In this document: in pieces, positions 18,055 through 26,963 of the stretch
Position numbering within the stretch: position 1 is the stretch's first letter
Layout: every line of letters begins with the position of its first letter
From: Candidatus Methylomirabilis limnetica
GTDB lineage: Bacteria > Methylomirabilota > Methylomirabilia > Methylomirabilales > Methylomirabilaceae
NCBI RefSeq assembly: GCF_003044035.1
Contig: NZ_NVQC01000040.1
Span: forward strand, 1,213 to 33,212
DNA: 32,000 bases
Direction: 5' to 3'
Position numbers and translations under genes: made by a program
Notes under the pieces: generated by a model
Databases searched by the model: none
Seen by the model: only the letters and a program-made list of their open reading frames with translations
Told to the model about the DNA's origin: nothing

Positions 18055-19692
18055 TTAGTAAATATCGTGCACCGTATTGTAGACGTTAAACTTGCCTGTC
18101 GGCGTTACAATGCGCGGATCATCGATCCTCGCTACTTCTTGAAGCGTCTTATCATTATAGACGACGATCTCGCTCTTACCGTCTTTCTTCCCCCACACGC
18201 TTATCCATACCTCGTCCCCGGCCTTGTTGAACTCGAAATGGACCGCGCGCCCTTTGTCCGAAACCTTCCAGCACTTCGGATCTTTGTCCATGTTCGCTTT
18301 CTCGAAGACGCAGACTTGCTTTTGAATTGCCGGGTCACCGTTCAGGGCGTGGTCTACCCAGACATTTTTGCTCTTCGGGTGCGTCTTGATAAACAGGCCG
18401 CCGCCTCCCAGGGTCTTGAGCTCCCTCACCTTTTTCCAAGCAGACTCCTTGTGCTTGGCCGGATCGGTTCCGTAGACAGTGACCTTGCCTTCGCCGAGAT
18501 GCGGTGTGCCATTGACCGGACCGAATTTCGGATCGATCCAGTTGGCGCCACGCCCCGGATGAGGCTTGATTCCGGTTTCGAAGATCGCCTCCAGTTTTCC
18601 TTTCTCGACGTCGATCACGACCATCTTGTTCGCCATGTTAGCCGCTACCATGAAGTAGCGTTTGGTGCTGTCCCAGCCGCCGTCGTGCAGAAACTTCTCG
18701 CTTTCGATCTGGGTCATTTTGAGGTTCTTGAGATCCGAGTAATCGAAGAGCCAGACAAGCCCGGTCTCCTTGATGTTAATAACCCACTCGGGCTTGAAGT
18801 GCGACGCCACAATCGAGGCGACCCGAGGCTCGGGGTGGTACTCCTGGGCATCATAGGTGTTGCTCCGGCTGCTGACGACCTTCAATGGTTCCAGCGTCTG
18901 GCCGTCCAACACGATGATCTGCGGCGGCCAATAGCAGCCAATGACAGCGAGCTTGTCGGTGAAGTCACCGAGTTTTCCTTTATACTTGCTCGTGTCGATG
19001 GAGCGCGCATCGCTGCATGGCTTCACCTCCGCGATCTTATCCGGAACTTTCATCCACAGATCGATCATCGTCGCTCGGCCATCGCGGCCGATGGTGTACA
19101 TGTAGCGCCCTGAAAAGGAACTGCGCGAGATATGTACCGCATAGCCGGTCTTGACAATGTTGACGATCTCCTTGGTGTCGCCGTCGATTATCGCCACCTG
19201 GCCGGCATCACGGAGGGTCACGGCGAAAAAGTTCTTCCAGTCACGGTTATGTTCGGGCTTTGTGGGTCGCTGGTCTACCGGCACGGTCAGCTTCCAACTT
19301 TTCTTCATCTCCGCCATGCCGAGCTCGGGCGGTACGGGCGGGTCGTGCTGGATGTAGCGGGCCATCAGGTCGCTTTCGGCGTCCGAGAGAGTTCCTTGCC
19401 GACCCCAGTCCGGCATGCCGCCTCCCGTACCGTTCACGATGAACGCCTTCAGAACAGGAGTTGTTAAGGCACGGGTTTTCGCAGGCAGAAGGTTCGCGCC
19501 CGTCGCGCCTTTTCTTAAGACCCCGTGACAGCCCGCGCACCGATCAAAATAGATGCGCTTAGCCGTCTCAAGCTCACCCGCCGCCAGAGGTGGAAGCGGC
19601 GGAAGCTCCGGTGCCGCAGGTGCCTGCTGAGCCTGAGCCGGAACGATCCATAGCAACAGGGCTAATACCGCCAACATCGCCTTCCTCACCAT
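18055..19692 (-). CDS. nirS: Cytochrome cd1 nitrite reductase NirS
   Basis: Signal peptide MVRKAMLAVLALLLWIVPAQA, heme c motif CAGCHG, and a long d1 beta-propeller domain. The ATG at 19692 has AAGGAG 7 nt upstream. The ORF-track start at 19764 adds 24 unlikely residues. Confidence 0.93.
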   Translation of the reverse strand: MVRKAMLAVLALLLWIVPAQAQQAPAAPELPPLPPLAAGELETAKRIYFDRCAGCHGVLRKGATGANLLPAKTRALTTPVLKAFIVNGTGGGMPDWGRQGTLSDAESDLMARYIQHDPPVPPELGMAEMKKSWKLTVPVDQRPTKPEHNRDWKNFFAVTLRDAGQVAIIDGDTKEIVNIVKTGYAVHISRSSFSGRYMYTIGRDGRATMIDLWMKVPDKIAEVKPCSDARSIDTSKYKGKLGDFTDKLAVIGCYWPPQIIVLDGQTLEPLKVVSSRSNTYDAQEYHPEPRVASIVASHFKPEWVINIKETGLVWLFDYSDLKNLKMTQIESEKFLHDGGWDSTKRYFMVAANMANKMVVIDVEKGKLEAIFETGIKPHPGRGANWIDPKFGPVNGTPHLGEGKVTVYGTDPAKHKESAWKKVRELKTLGGGGLFIKTHPKSKNVWVDHALNGDPAIQKQVCVFEKANMDKDPKCWKVSDKGRAVHFEFNKAGDEVWISVWGKKDGKSEIVVYNDKTLQEVARIDDPRIVTPTGKFNVYNTVHDIY

Positions 19693-20084
19693 GTACTTCT
19701 CCTTTTGTTGAATGATGTCCCCGAGACTTTCATGGTTAGCGCTCTCTGATAAGGCATTAATCATGCTCTAGAGTCTACCGCCAGGCCTTTAGAATGCTAA
19801 GCAGTGCGTTTCGGTGTCTCATTATATCTCTCACCGCACTACCAAGCACGACGCGCGCTCTTGATGCGGGGCTATATCGCTTGCCACTATCGCTCGGCCT
19901 GCACCATCCTGTCAAGAGTTTTCTTCAGCCCCCCCGTGTCGTGCCACCCGAGCCTGGCGTGTACCGCGCAACGGGGCGTGTTGCACATTTCAGTTGAAGC
20001 GGCATCGGCGGCAATGGTAGTGTACTCGCAGGACGGCACGCCCACTTCGGGATGGCCGCATACGGATGAACGCGGAGAGACGAG

Positions 20085-21182
20085 ATGTTTCAGACCATTG
20101 AATGGACACCAGAGGGCGCCGTCCGGCTTCTGGATCAGCGTCGGTTGCCGGCGGAAGAGGTGTATGTCGAGTGTCGCGATGTGGCGGCCGTCGCACACGC
20201 GATCCGGACCATGCAGATCCGCGGGGCTCCGGCGATCGGCGTGGCCGGCGCGATGGGCCTGGCATTAGCGGCGCAGACCATTCGTGCGACGTGTTTTGAG
20301 GCATTCTACGCGGAGTTGTTGCGCCAGGGCGAGGTGCTGCACAGGACCCGCCCCACTGCCGTGAACCTGGCGTGGGGGATCGAGCGGATGCAGCGATGTG
20401 CGGCCGCACACAAGGCCCTCCCGGTGGCCGAGATCGTCCAGGCCCTCATCCGGGAGGCACAACAGATCCGGGAGGAGGACATCCTGGGCAACCGGGCGAT
20501 CGGCGCGTATGGCCGAGGACTCATCCCCGATGGCGCCACCGTGCTCACCCACTGTAACGCCGGCGCCTTGGCCACCGCGGGCTACGGGACCGCCCTGGGG
20601 GTCATCCGCGCGGCGCACGCGGCCGGCACCCGGCTGTCCGTGTGGGCCGGCGAGACGCGACCGTTTCTGCAGGGCGCCCGGCTGACCGCCTGGGAGTTGC
20701 AACAGGATGGCATTGCGGTCACGCTCATCACCGATAATATGACCGGCCACCTGATGCAGCGTGGGCAGATCGATCTCGTCATCGTTGGGGCCGACCGGAT
20801 CGCCCGCAATGGCGACGTGGCGAACAAGATCGGGACCTACACCCTGGCTGTCCTGGCGCAGGCACACGGGCTTCCGTTCTATGTCGCGGCCCCCCTGTCC
20901 ACCCTGGACCTATCGCTTGGCGACGGCATGGCGATCCCGATCGAGGAGCGCGATCCCGAGGAGGTAACCAGTTGGGCGGGCGTCAGGACTGCGCCGGTTG
21001 GGGTCCGGGCGCACAATCCCGTCTTCGACATGACGCCTCACCGGTACATCACCGCCATCATAACCGATCGGGGGGTGGTACGGCCCCCGTACGATACGGG
21101 CCTGGCCGCTCTGGCCGGCCAGAGCGTCGTAACATCTACAGCGTCATTGCGTGATAGCGTCAAATCCACACATACGCCATAG
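20085..21182 (+). CDS. mtnA: S-methyl-5-thioribose-1-phosphate isomerase
   Basis: [64 protein letters not shown]. Confidence 0.9.
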   Translation: MFQTIEWTPEGAVRLLDQRRLPAEEVYVECRDVAAVAHAIRTMQIRGAPAIGVAGAMGLALAAQTIRATCFEAFYAELLRQGEVLHRTRPTAVNLAWGIERMQRCAAAHKALPVAEIVQALIREAQQIREEDILGNRAIGAYGRGLIPDGATVLTHCNAGALATAGYGTALGVIRAAHAAGTRLSVWAGETRPFLQGARLTAWELQQDGIAVTLITDNMTGHLMQRGQIDLVIVGADRIARNGDVANKIGTYTLAVLAQAHGLPFYVAAPLSTLDLSLGDGMAIPIEERDPEEVTSWAGVRTAPVGVRAHNPVFDMTPHRYITAIITDRGVVRPPYDTGLAALAGQSVVTSTASLRDSVKSTHTP

Positions 21183-23474
21183 ATGTTGCATACAATAGAC
21201 GCAATAGACGCCGCCCGCAATGGACGCAATAGACGCCGCAGATGTACGCCTGCGGGCATGACGGTGATGCTGATGCTACTGCTGGCACCGCTGCACGCCA
21301 CCGCCTCGCCTGAAACGCCACCAACATCTCTGTGGCAGGAGGCGCTTACGCGCATCGGGACCCACGATTACCATGGCGCGGCGCCCCTGCTTGACGATCT
21401 GCGGCAACGCGATGGCTTCGCCAAAGCCCACGAGGCCAACTTCCTCCTGGGCGTGGTGCTGTACCGACAGAAGCAGTGGCAGGAGGCCGCCGACGCATTG
21501 GAGGTGGCCGCAACGCAGGTGCCTGTACTTGGGGATTATGCCCTGTACTACGCCGCATCAGCCTATCAGACCCTTGGCCTGAACTCTCGGGCGCTGGCTG
21601 TACTGTCGCGCCTGCTTCACGAGCATCCGGGGAGCCTGCTCACCGAGCGAGCTCGACAAGAGCGCGCACGGCTTTATTCCGACGCTAACCAACTCGCGCA
21701 GGCTGAGGAGGCGTACCGGGATTACCTGGCCCACGCCTCAGGCGAGGCGAGGCGACGGGAAGCGCAACTCGCGCTGGCAGAGATTGCCGTCAAGGCGGAT
21801 AAGCGCCGGGAGGCCGAAGCACTGCTACGCGAGCTGTGGCTCAAGTGGCCGGCGAGCCGGGAGGCGGCTCGAGCCGGCGAACTCCTGGCCTCAATGGCAG
21901 AAGTACCACCCTTCACCCTTGATGAGCAGTTCGATCGGGCGCTCAGTCTGTACCGTAGCAGCCAGTACGCCCAGGCAATTACCGCGTTCACACCCTTCTT
22001 GCCTGTCCCCGACCCCGATCGGGGAAGCGATGGCTCGCCCCCTCTCGACAGAGCGCGGGACAGGTTTGCCTCTCGCGCAAGGCTCTGGAGCGGCGTCAGT
22101 TACTTTCACCGCCGGGACTACAGCCGAGCCATCAGCCTCCTGTCGCCTCTGGGTCAGGACCACTCCCTTCATTCGGCGGAAGCGCTGTACTGGACCGGGC
22201 GAAGCCATGTCAGAGTTAACGACAGCGAAAAAGCCATCACAACGTGGACCCGCCTGGTCGACGCCTATCCGAATAGTCCCTTTAGCGCCGAGTCACTCTA
22301 CCTGATGGCGCTCCAGTACAGTGACGATGGCAAACCGAAACGGGCTGTACGGGCTCTCACCAGGCTCCTCAGGGACCACCCGTCTAGCCAGTTCGCCGAC
22401 GCCGCCCTCTGGACTCGGGCCTGGATCCATTATCGACAGTCGGCTCTTACGGAGGCACTTGCTGATCTGCAACGACTGCACGCGAGGGGTGCGTCAGCCT
22501 CGCGGTTTCAGGTGCAAGCTCTCTATTGGCAGGGCCGGGTCCTTGAAGGTCTGAAAAAGAGGGGGAAGGCTGTAGCGGCGTACCGAGGGCTACTCAGTAC
22601 CCACAAGAACGAGGACTATTACGTCGAACAGACGCGTCTGCGCCTGAAGACGCTGGAGCCACAGTCTGCGCGTGCCCTCGCGCTCGCCACGCCAAGCGAG
22701 CCTTCAGGGGTCAGTGGTCAGGGGTTAGCCGTTCCTGTACCCTGTACCCTATCCCCTCAACCCTGTTCTTCCGAGGTGGCCAAAGCCAGACTGCTCAAGG
22801 ATCTGAACCTGCGGGAGGAGGCATCAGAGGAGTTCTGGGCCCTCGCAGGGCGGTCTGCGGAAGACCGCGGACTCTTATACGAGGCCTGTAGCGCGTTGCT
22901 CGACTTGGGTTATCTCGATAAGAGTGTGGCGATCGCGAAGCGCCTCCTTCGTCCGCTGTATGCCCACAGTCGGCCCGCGGGGCCGGTGCCGAGATATTGG
23001 GAGTTCCTCTACCCGCTCGGATATTGGGATCTGGTACGGGGGCAGAGCGCGCAGTATACCCTTGATCCATACCTGGTTGTTGCGCTGATTCGGGAGGAGA
23101 GCGCGTTTAGCGAACGGGTAGTGTCGTCTTCCGGGGCTGTTGGGCTGATGCAACTGCTCCCCACAACCGCCAATTACATGGCCAATGCGAAAGGCAGCTC
23201 TGGGGATCCGACGAAGCTCGACACGCCGGCCAATAATATTGCGCTTGGCACTCGATACCTGGCGATGATGCTCGATGAGTTCAAGGGCAACTGGGCCAGG
23301 GCCTTAGCCGCATACAATGCTGGGCCAAACCAGGTGCGTCGCTGGTTGGGACGGTTGGGGGATCGCACTGATGACGAGTTCATTGAAGAGATCCCGTTCT
23401 CAGAGACGAGAGCGTATGTGAAGCGGGTCCTCGGAAGCTATTACCGCTATCGAGCGCAGTATAGTAAAGGATAG
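21183..23474 (+). CDS. slt: Soluble lytic murein transglycosylase (Slt70-like: TPR superhelix plus C-terminal SLT domain)
   Basis: SLT motifs LIREESAFS, GAVGLMQLLPTTA and AYNAGPNQV. The N-terminal half is TPR-like. The start is ambiguous: ATG 21183 directly abuts the mtnA stop and is built from 9-nt repeats, while ATG 21258 gives MTVMLMLLLAPLHATA. Confidence 0.88.
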   Translation: MLHTIDAIDAARNGRNRRRRCTPAGMTVMLMLLLAPLHATASPETPPTSLWQEALTRIGTHDYHGAAPLLDDLRQRDGFAKAHEANFLLGVVLYRQKQWQEAADALEVAATQVPVLGDYALYYAASAYQTLGLNSRALAVLSRLLHEHPGSLLTERARQERARLYSDANQLAQAEEAYRDYLAHASGEARRREAQLALAEIAVKADKRREAEALLRELWLKWPASREAARAGELLASMAEVPPFTLDEQFDRALSLYRSSQYAQAITAFTPFLPVPDPDRGSDGSPPLDRARDRFASRARLWSGVSYFHRRDYSRAISLLSPLGQDHSLHSAEALYWTGRSHVRVNDSEKAITTWTRLVDAYPNSPFSAESLYLMALQYSDDGKPKRAVRALTRLLRDHPSSQFADAALWTRAWIHYRQSALTEALADLQRLHARGASASRFQVQALYWQGRVLEGLKKRGKAVAAYRGLLSTHKNEDYYVEQTRLRLKTLEPQSARALALATPSEPSGVSGQGLAVPVPCTLSPQPCSSEVAKARLLKDLNLREEASEEFWALAGRSAEDRGLLYEACSALLDLGYLDKSVAIAKRLLRPLYAHSRPAGPVPRYWEFLYPLGYWDLVRGQSAQYTLDPYLVVALIREESAFSERVVSSSGAVGLMQLLPTTANYMANAKGSSGDPTKLDTPANNIALGTRYLAMMLDEFKGNWARALAAYNAGPNQVRRWLGRLGDRTDDEFIEEIPFSETRAYVKRVLGSYYRYRAQYSKG
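21193..21235. repeat. 9-nt tandem repeats at the mtnA/slt junction
   Basis: CAATAGACG CAATAGACG ccgcccg CAATGGACG CAATAGACG. These are the same units as at 8097-8114. Confidence 0.85.
22703..22772. repeat. Ten phased heptamer units inside slt (TCAGC-type followed by ACCCT-type)
   Basis: TTCAGGG GTCAGTG GTCAGGG GTTAGCC GTTCCTG TACCCTG TACCCTA TCCCCTC AACCCTG TTCTTCC. Confidence 0.85.
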
Positions 23475-23491
23475 GGTGGAGGGTGGAGGAA
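23471..23491. repeat. ACCCT-type heptamers (reverse orientation) at the slt/coaBC junction
   Basis: ATAGGGT GGAGGGT GGAGGAA. This block contains the slt stop TAG (23472-23474) and GGAGG Shine-Dalgarno-like motifs. Confidence 0.75.
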
Positions 23492-23494
23492 GGT

Positions 23495-24733
23495 GTGGAC
23501 AACGGGCAAATGACGCTACAGGGGAAACAGATCGTGCTGGGCGTGACCGGGAGTATCGCCGCCTATAAGGCCGTAGAGCTTGTGCGGGCGCTCACCACGG
23601 CGGGGGCCGGTGTTCGGGTCGTCATGACCGCCTCGGCCCAGCGCTTTGTGACCCCCCTGACGTTTGCCACCCTCTCGCGGCAGGCGGTAATGACCGACCG
23701 TGTGACCCTGGAGGACGAGACGACGATGCCGCACATCGCCACGGCGCATGAGGCCGACCTGCTCCTGGTCGCGCCTGCCACCGCCAATACCATCGCCAAG
23801 TTCGCTCAGGGGCTGGCCGACGATCTACTGAGCACCCTCTTCCTGGCGTGGACGCGGCCGGTTGTGCTTGCGCCCGCCATGGACGCGGCCATGTACCGCC
23901 ACCCCGCCGTTCAAGAGAATCTGGCGCGATTGCAGGGCTGGGGGGTGCGACTTGTGGGTCCGGCGACTGGTGAGCTGGCCTCGGGCGTGTGGGGTCCCGG
24001 CCGTCTGTCCGAGATCGGCGAGATCGTGCAGGCCGTGACCGAGACGCTCTGTCCCGTACGCGACCTGTGCGGCGAGGTGATCCTGATCACCGCCGGCCCG
24101 ACGCGTGAGCCGATCGATCCGGTACGCTACCTCAGTACCCGCGCCTCCGGCAAGATGGGGTACGCCCTGGCAGAGGAAGCGGTGGCGCGAGGCGCGCGTA
24201 CCATCCTGGTCAGTGGCCCGACCCACGTGAGCCCGCCTACGGGGGTCGAACTCATCCAGATCGAGACCGCCCTGCAGATGCGCACGGCTGTGCTGGACCG
24301 ATTGGCCGAGGCTACGGTGGTGATCAAAGCAGCCGCGGTCAGCGATTATCGTGTCGCGCAGCCGGCTGACGCCAAGCTCTCGAAAGGCGAGGCGCCCCTG
24401 ACGCTGGAACTGGTGCCTACTCCGGACATCCTTAAAGAGATTGGTGCTCAGAAGGGCGCACGGATTGTCGTCGGCTTCGCGGCCGAGACCGGCGAGGTTG
24501 TGCGGCGGGCTCACCATAAGCTGATGGCCAAGCAGCTCGACCTGATCGTGGCGAACGACGTGAGCCAGGCCGGGGCCGGGTTCGCGTGCGACACCAATCT
24601 GGTGATCCTACTCGATCCGGCAGGGGGGGCTGAAGAGCTCCCACTGCTTCCCAAACGGCAGGTGGCGCGTCACATCCTCGACCGCGTGGTGGGCCTCCGG
24701 CAGCAGAAAAACAGGGTAGAGGGTGGAGGGTAG
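23495..24733 (+). CDS. coaBC: Bifunctional phosphopantothenoylcysteine decarboxylase / phosphopantothenate-cysteine ligase
   Basis: [24 protein letters not shown] and [17 protein letters not shown]; the C-terminal CoaB half has [25 protein letters not shown]. Start candidates are GTG 23495 (GGAGG 5 nt upstream), ATG 23510 and GTG 23483. Confidence 0.92.
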   Translation: MDNGQMTLQGKQIVLGVTGSIAAYKAVELVRALTTAGAGVRVVMTASAQRFVTPLTFATLSRQAVMTDRVTLEDETTMPHIATAHEADLLLVAPATANTIAKFAQGLADDLLSTLFLAWTRPVVLAPAMDAAMYRHPAVQENLARLQGWGVRLVGPATGELASGVWGPGRLSEIGEIVQAVTETLCPVRDLCGEVILITAGPTREPIDPVRYLSTRASGKMGYALAEEAVARGARTILVSGPTHVSPPTGVELIQIETALQMRTAVLDRLAEATVVIKAAAVSDYRVAQPADAKLSKGEAPLTLELVPTPDILKEIGAQKGARIVVGFAAETGEVVRRAHHKLMAKQLDLIVANDVSQAGAGFACDTNLVILLDPAGGAEELPLLPKRQVARHILDRVVGLRQQKNRVEGGG

Positions 24734-24745
24734 AGGGTGGAGCTG
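24711..24745. repeat. ACCCT-type heptamers (reverse orientation) at the coaBC/udg junction
   Basis: ACAGGGT AGAGGGT GGAGGGT AGAGGGT GGAGCTG. This block encodes the last coaBC codons (RVEGGG), its TAG stop (24731-24733), and the GGAG located 5 nt upstream of the udg ATG. Confidence 0.85.
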
Positions 24746-24747
24746 AG

Positions 24748-25485
24748 ATGGACGAACTCCGGGAACTAATCGGCCAGGCGCGCGCCCACCTGCGTCGGCA
24801 GCAATTAATGGGGGTGGAACGCCTGCACGTTGCTTGGCCGGCACGTTCATGGGTGCGGCCTGCACCCTCCATACCCCCGAATGCCCTAATCGGGGGACTG
24901 CCACTCACCCAGGTACGGGAGGCGCTGGGGGAGTGCACGCGGTGTACGCTGCACCAGGGTCGAAAGAATATCGTCTTTGGGGTCGGGAGCCCGAAGGCAT
25001 GGCTCACCTTCGTGGGGGAGGCGCCCGGGGCGGACGAAGACCAACAGGGCGAGCCGTTCGTGGGAAGAGCGGGACAACTGCTCACCCGGATCATTGAGGC
25101 GATGAAGCTCACCCGCGAGCAGGTCTATATCTGTAACATCATCAAGTGCCGACCCCCGGCCAATCGTAACCCTGAGCCGGACGAGATCGCCGCGTGCGAG
25201 CCGTTCCTGGTCGCACAGCTTCAGGCCATCCAGCCGAAATTGATTTGCGCGCTGGGCACCTTTGCGGCCCAGACGCTCCTGCGCACCAAGGAGCCGATCT
25301 CAAAACTGCGTGGGCGGTTTCACGACTATCACGGGATTCCGGTTCTACCCACCTTCCATCCTGCGTACCTGCTGCGCAACCCGCACGAGAAAAAGACGGT
25401 GTGGGAGGACATGAAGCTCCTGATGCGAGAATACGAGAAGCTCACCAAATCACAACACATCGCCTCAGGTCCAGAATCCTCTTGA
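24748..25485 (+). CDS. udg: Family 4 uracil-DNA glycosylase (Fe-S type)
   Basis: CTRCTL...GEAPGADED...FVGRAG...[13 protein letters not shown]...CEPFL...[10 protein letters not shown]. Confidence 0.9.
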   Translation: MDELRELIGQARAHLRRQQLMGVERLHVAWPARSWVRPAPSIPPNALIGGLPLTQVREALGECTRCTLHQGRKNIVFGVGSPKAWLTFVGEAPGADEDQQGEPFVGRAGQLLTRIIEAMKLTREQVYICNIIKCRPPANRNPEPDEIAACEPFLVAQLQAIQPKLICALGTFAAQTLLRTKEPISKLRGRFHDYHGIPVLPTFHPAYLLRNPHEKKTVWEDMKLLMREYEKLTKSQHIASGPESS

Positions 25486-25565
25486 CGGTCTGGAGGGAGT
25501 CGGTGCAGGAGCTAACCAATTCCGGAAGAAGAACTTAGTAGCGCTAATGCGCAGGAGGCACGCTC

Positions 25566-26480
25566 ATGACGGAGATGAATGAGCAGCGAGGCATGGGGTG
25601 GTTGCCGGACTACCCGGACTTTCGGGATCACACGATCGAACTGGATGAGCTACCTCCACGACTCAAGGCGCTTGGCCAGCATGACTCGGTCAAGGTAATG
25701 CTGAAAAAGGTGGGGGCCGCGGTACCCCCAAAGACGCTGCCGGCCTCTGTTGATCTGAGGACCTGGTGCGCCCCTATTGAGGATCAGGGTGCCTTGGGCT
25801 CCTGCACGGCCAATGCGGGGGTGGGGGTGGTGGAGTACTTTGAGCGCCGGGCCTTCGGACATCATCTGGACGCTTCCCGCCTCTTTCTGTATAAGACGAC
25901 CAGGAACCTGATGCTTTCTACAGGGGATACGGGCGCCTTCCTCAGGAGTACGATGGGGGCCCTCGTGCTGTTCGGCGTTCCGCCAGAGGAGTACTGGCCG
26001 TATGCTATTGCCGACTTCGACAAGGAACCGAGCGCCTTCTGCTATGCCTTTGCCCAGAACTTTCAGGCGATTCAGTACTACCGGCTCGATCCGACCGGCA
26101 CCAGCAAACCGACCCTGCTCACCCGTATCAAGACCAATCTGGCGGCGGGGCTGCCGTCAATGTTCGGGTTTACAGTCTATACCTCGATCTCCCAGGCGGA
26201 CAAGACCGGCAAGATCCCCTGCCCTACCCTTGGGGAAAAGGTGTCAGGCGGGCATGCCATCGTGGCCGTGGGGTATGATAACGCCATGAAGACTAAGAAC
26301 ACGAACCCGGGAGGCGTCGAAACCGTAGGAGCCCTGCTCATCCGAAACTCCTGGGGAACAGTATGGGGCGACCACGGATATGGCTGGCTCCCTTACGACT
26401 ATATACTGAAAGGACTAGCCGAGGATTGGTGGTCACTCCTGAAAAATGAGTGGGTGGATACCGGGGCGTTCAAGCTTTAA
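25566..26480 (+). CDS. C1 family (papain-like) cysteine peptidase without a signal peptide
   Basis: AGGAGG upstream. The catalytic residues sit in their expected contexts: Gln/Cys in IEDQGALGSCTANA, His in GGHAIVAVGYD, Asn/Trp in IRNSWGTVWG. The N-terminus MTEMNEQRGMGWLPDYPDFRDH has no hydrophobic leader. Confidence 0.8.
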   Translation: MTEMNEQRGMGWLPDYPDFRDHTIELDELPPRLKALGQHDSVKVMLKKVGAAVPPKTLPASVDLRTWCAPIEDQGALGSCTANAGVGVVEYFERRAFGHHLDASRLFLYKTTRNLMLSTGDTGAFLRSTMGALVLFGVPPEEYWPYAIADFDKEPSAFCYAFAQNFQAIQYYRLDPTGTSKPTLLTRIKTNLAAGLPSMFGFTVYTSISQADKTGKIPCPTLGEKVSGGHAIVAVGYDNAMKTKNTNPGGVETVGALLIRNSWGTVWGDHGYGWLPYDYILKGLAEDWWSLLKNEWVDTGAFKL

Positions 26481-26630
26481 GGATTGCATCGGTCAACAAC
26501 GTCGTAGTGGCTGGACTACCGGAGGCAGAGTTGATCTGTCTTTCTAGAGGGCAAGCTTGGCGTTACGCCTCACGCCATGTAGGGAAAGGCGAAAAGTGAG
26601 CGGATTGAGAGACAATCAAGGAGGTAGTCC

Positions 26631-26960
26631 ATGCTGAAGATGGGGTGGCGCAAGCTCAGGTTCACTGGCGCTGGCATCGCACTCACGGCAACCCTGGCCT
26701 TCTTTGGGCCGATCCCTGCCGATGCCGGCTTGATATCCGGGCGCGTCAATGATACGAATGGGAAATTTCAAGCGGGGGGGACTTTCCGCGTGAAAGATTC
26801 TGCGGGCAAGGTCGTCAACGACCGTGTGAAGACGGATGAGCGCGGGGGGTATAGTATCTTCCTACCTCCTGGCAACTATACAGTGGAGTTTAGCGATGGC
26901 AGGAGCGCAGTGATCCAGAGCCATTCAGAACCGCTTCAGCAAAATATCTACCTCAAGTAA
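26631..26960 (+). CDS. Small secreted protein with a carboxypeptidase-regulatory-like (Ig-like beta-sandwich) domain
   Basis: AAGGAGG upstream. Signal peptide ending PIPADA. The sequence GRVNDTNGK...RVKTDERGGYSIFLPPGNYTVEF is the typical CarboxypepD_reg pattern. Confidence 0.55.
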   Translation: MLKMGWRKLRFTGAGIALTATLAFFGPIPADAGLISGRVNDTNGKFQAGGTFRVKDSAGKVVNDRVKTDERGGYSIFLPPGNYTVEFSDGRSAVIQSHSEPLQQNIYLK

Positions 26961-26963
26961 GGG

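Noticed and set aside
18040-19113. 357-aa plus-strand ORF antisense to nirS
   Set aside because: The nirS frame has unambiguous heme c and d1-domain signatures. The antisense frame shows no motifs and is a common artefact.
19693-20084. Search for an FNR/DNR/NnrR-type box (TTGAT-N4-ATCAA) in the nirS-mtnA divergent spacer
   Set aside because: Only weak half-site resemblances were seen by eye (for example TTGATGCGGGGCTATATC near 19861 and TGATAAGGCATTAATCA near 19747), with wrong spacing or poor symmetry. A matrix scan is needed before claiming presence or absence.
23825-25112. Minus-strand ORFs of 230 aa and 226 aa overlapping coaBC and udg
   Set aside because: Both plus-strand genes have clear family motifs. 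The antisense frames are Arg/Pro/Gly-rich GC artefacts.
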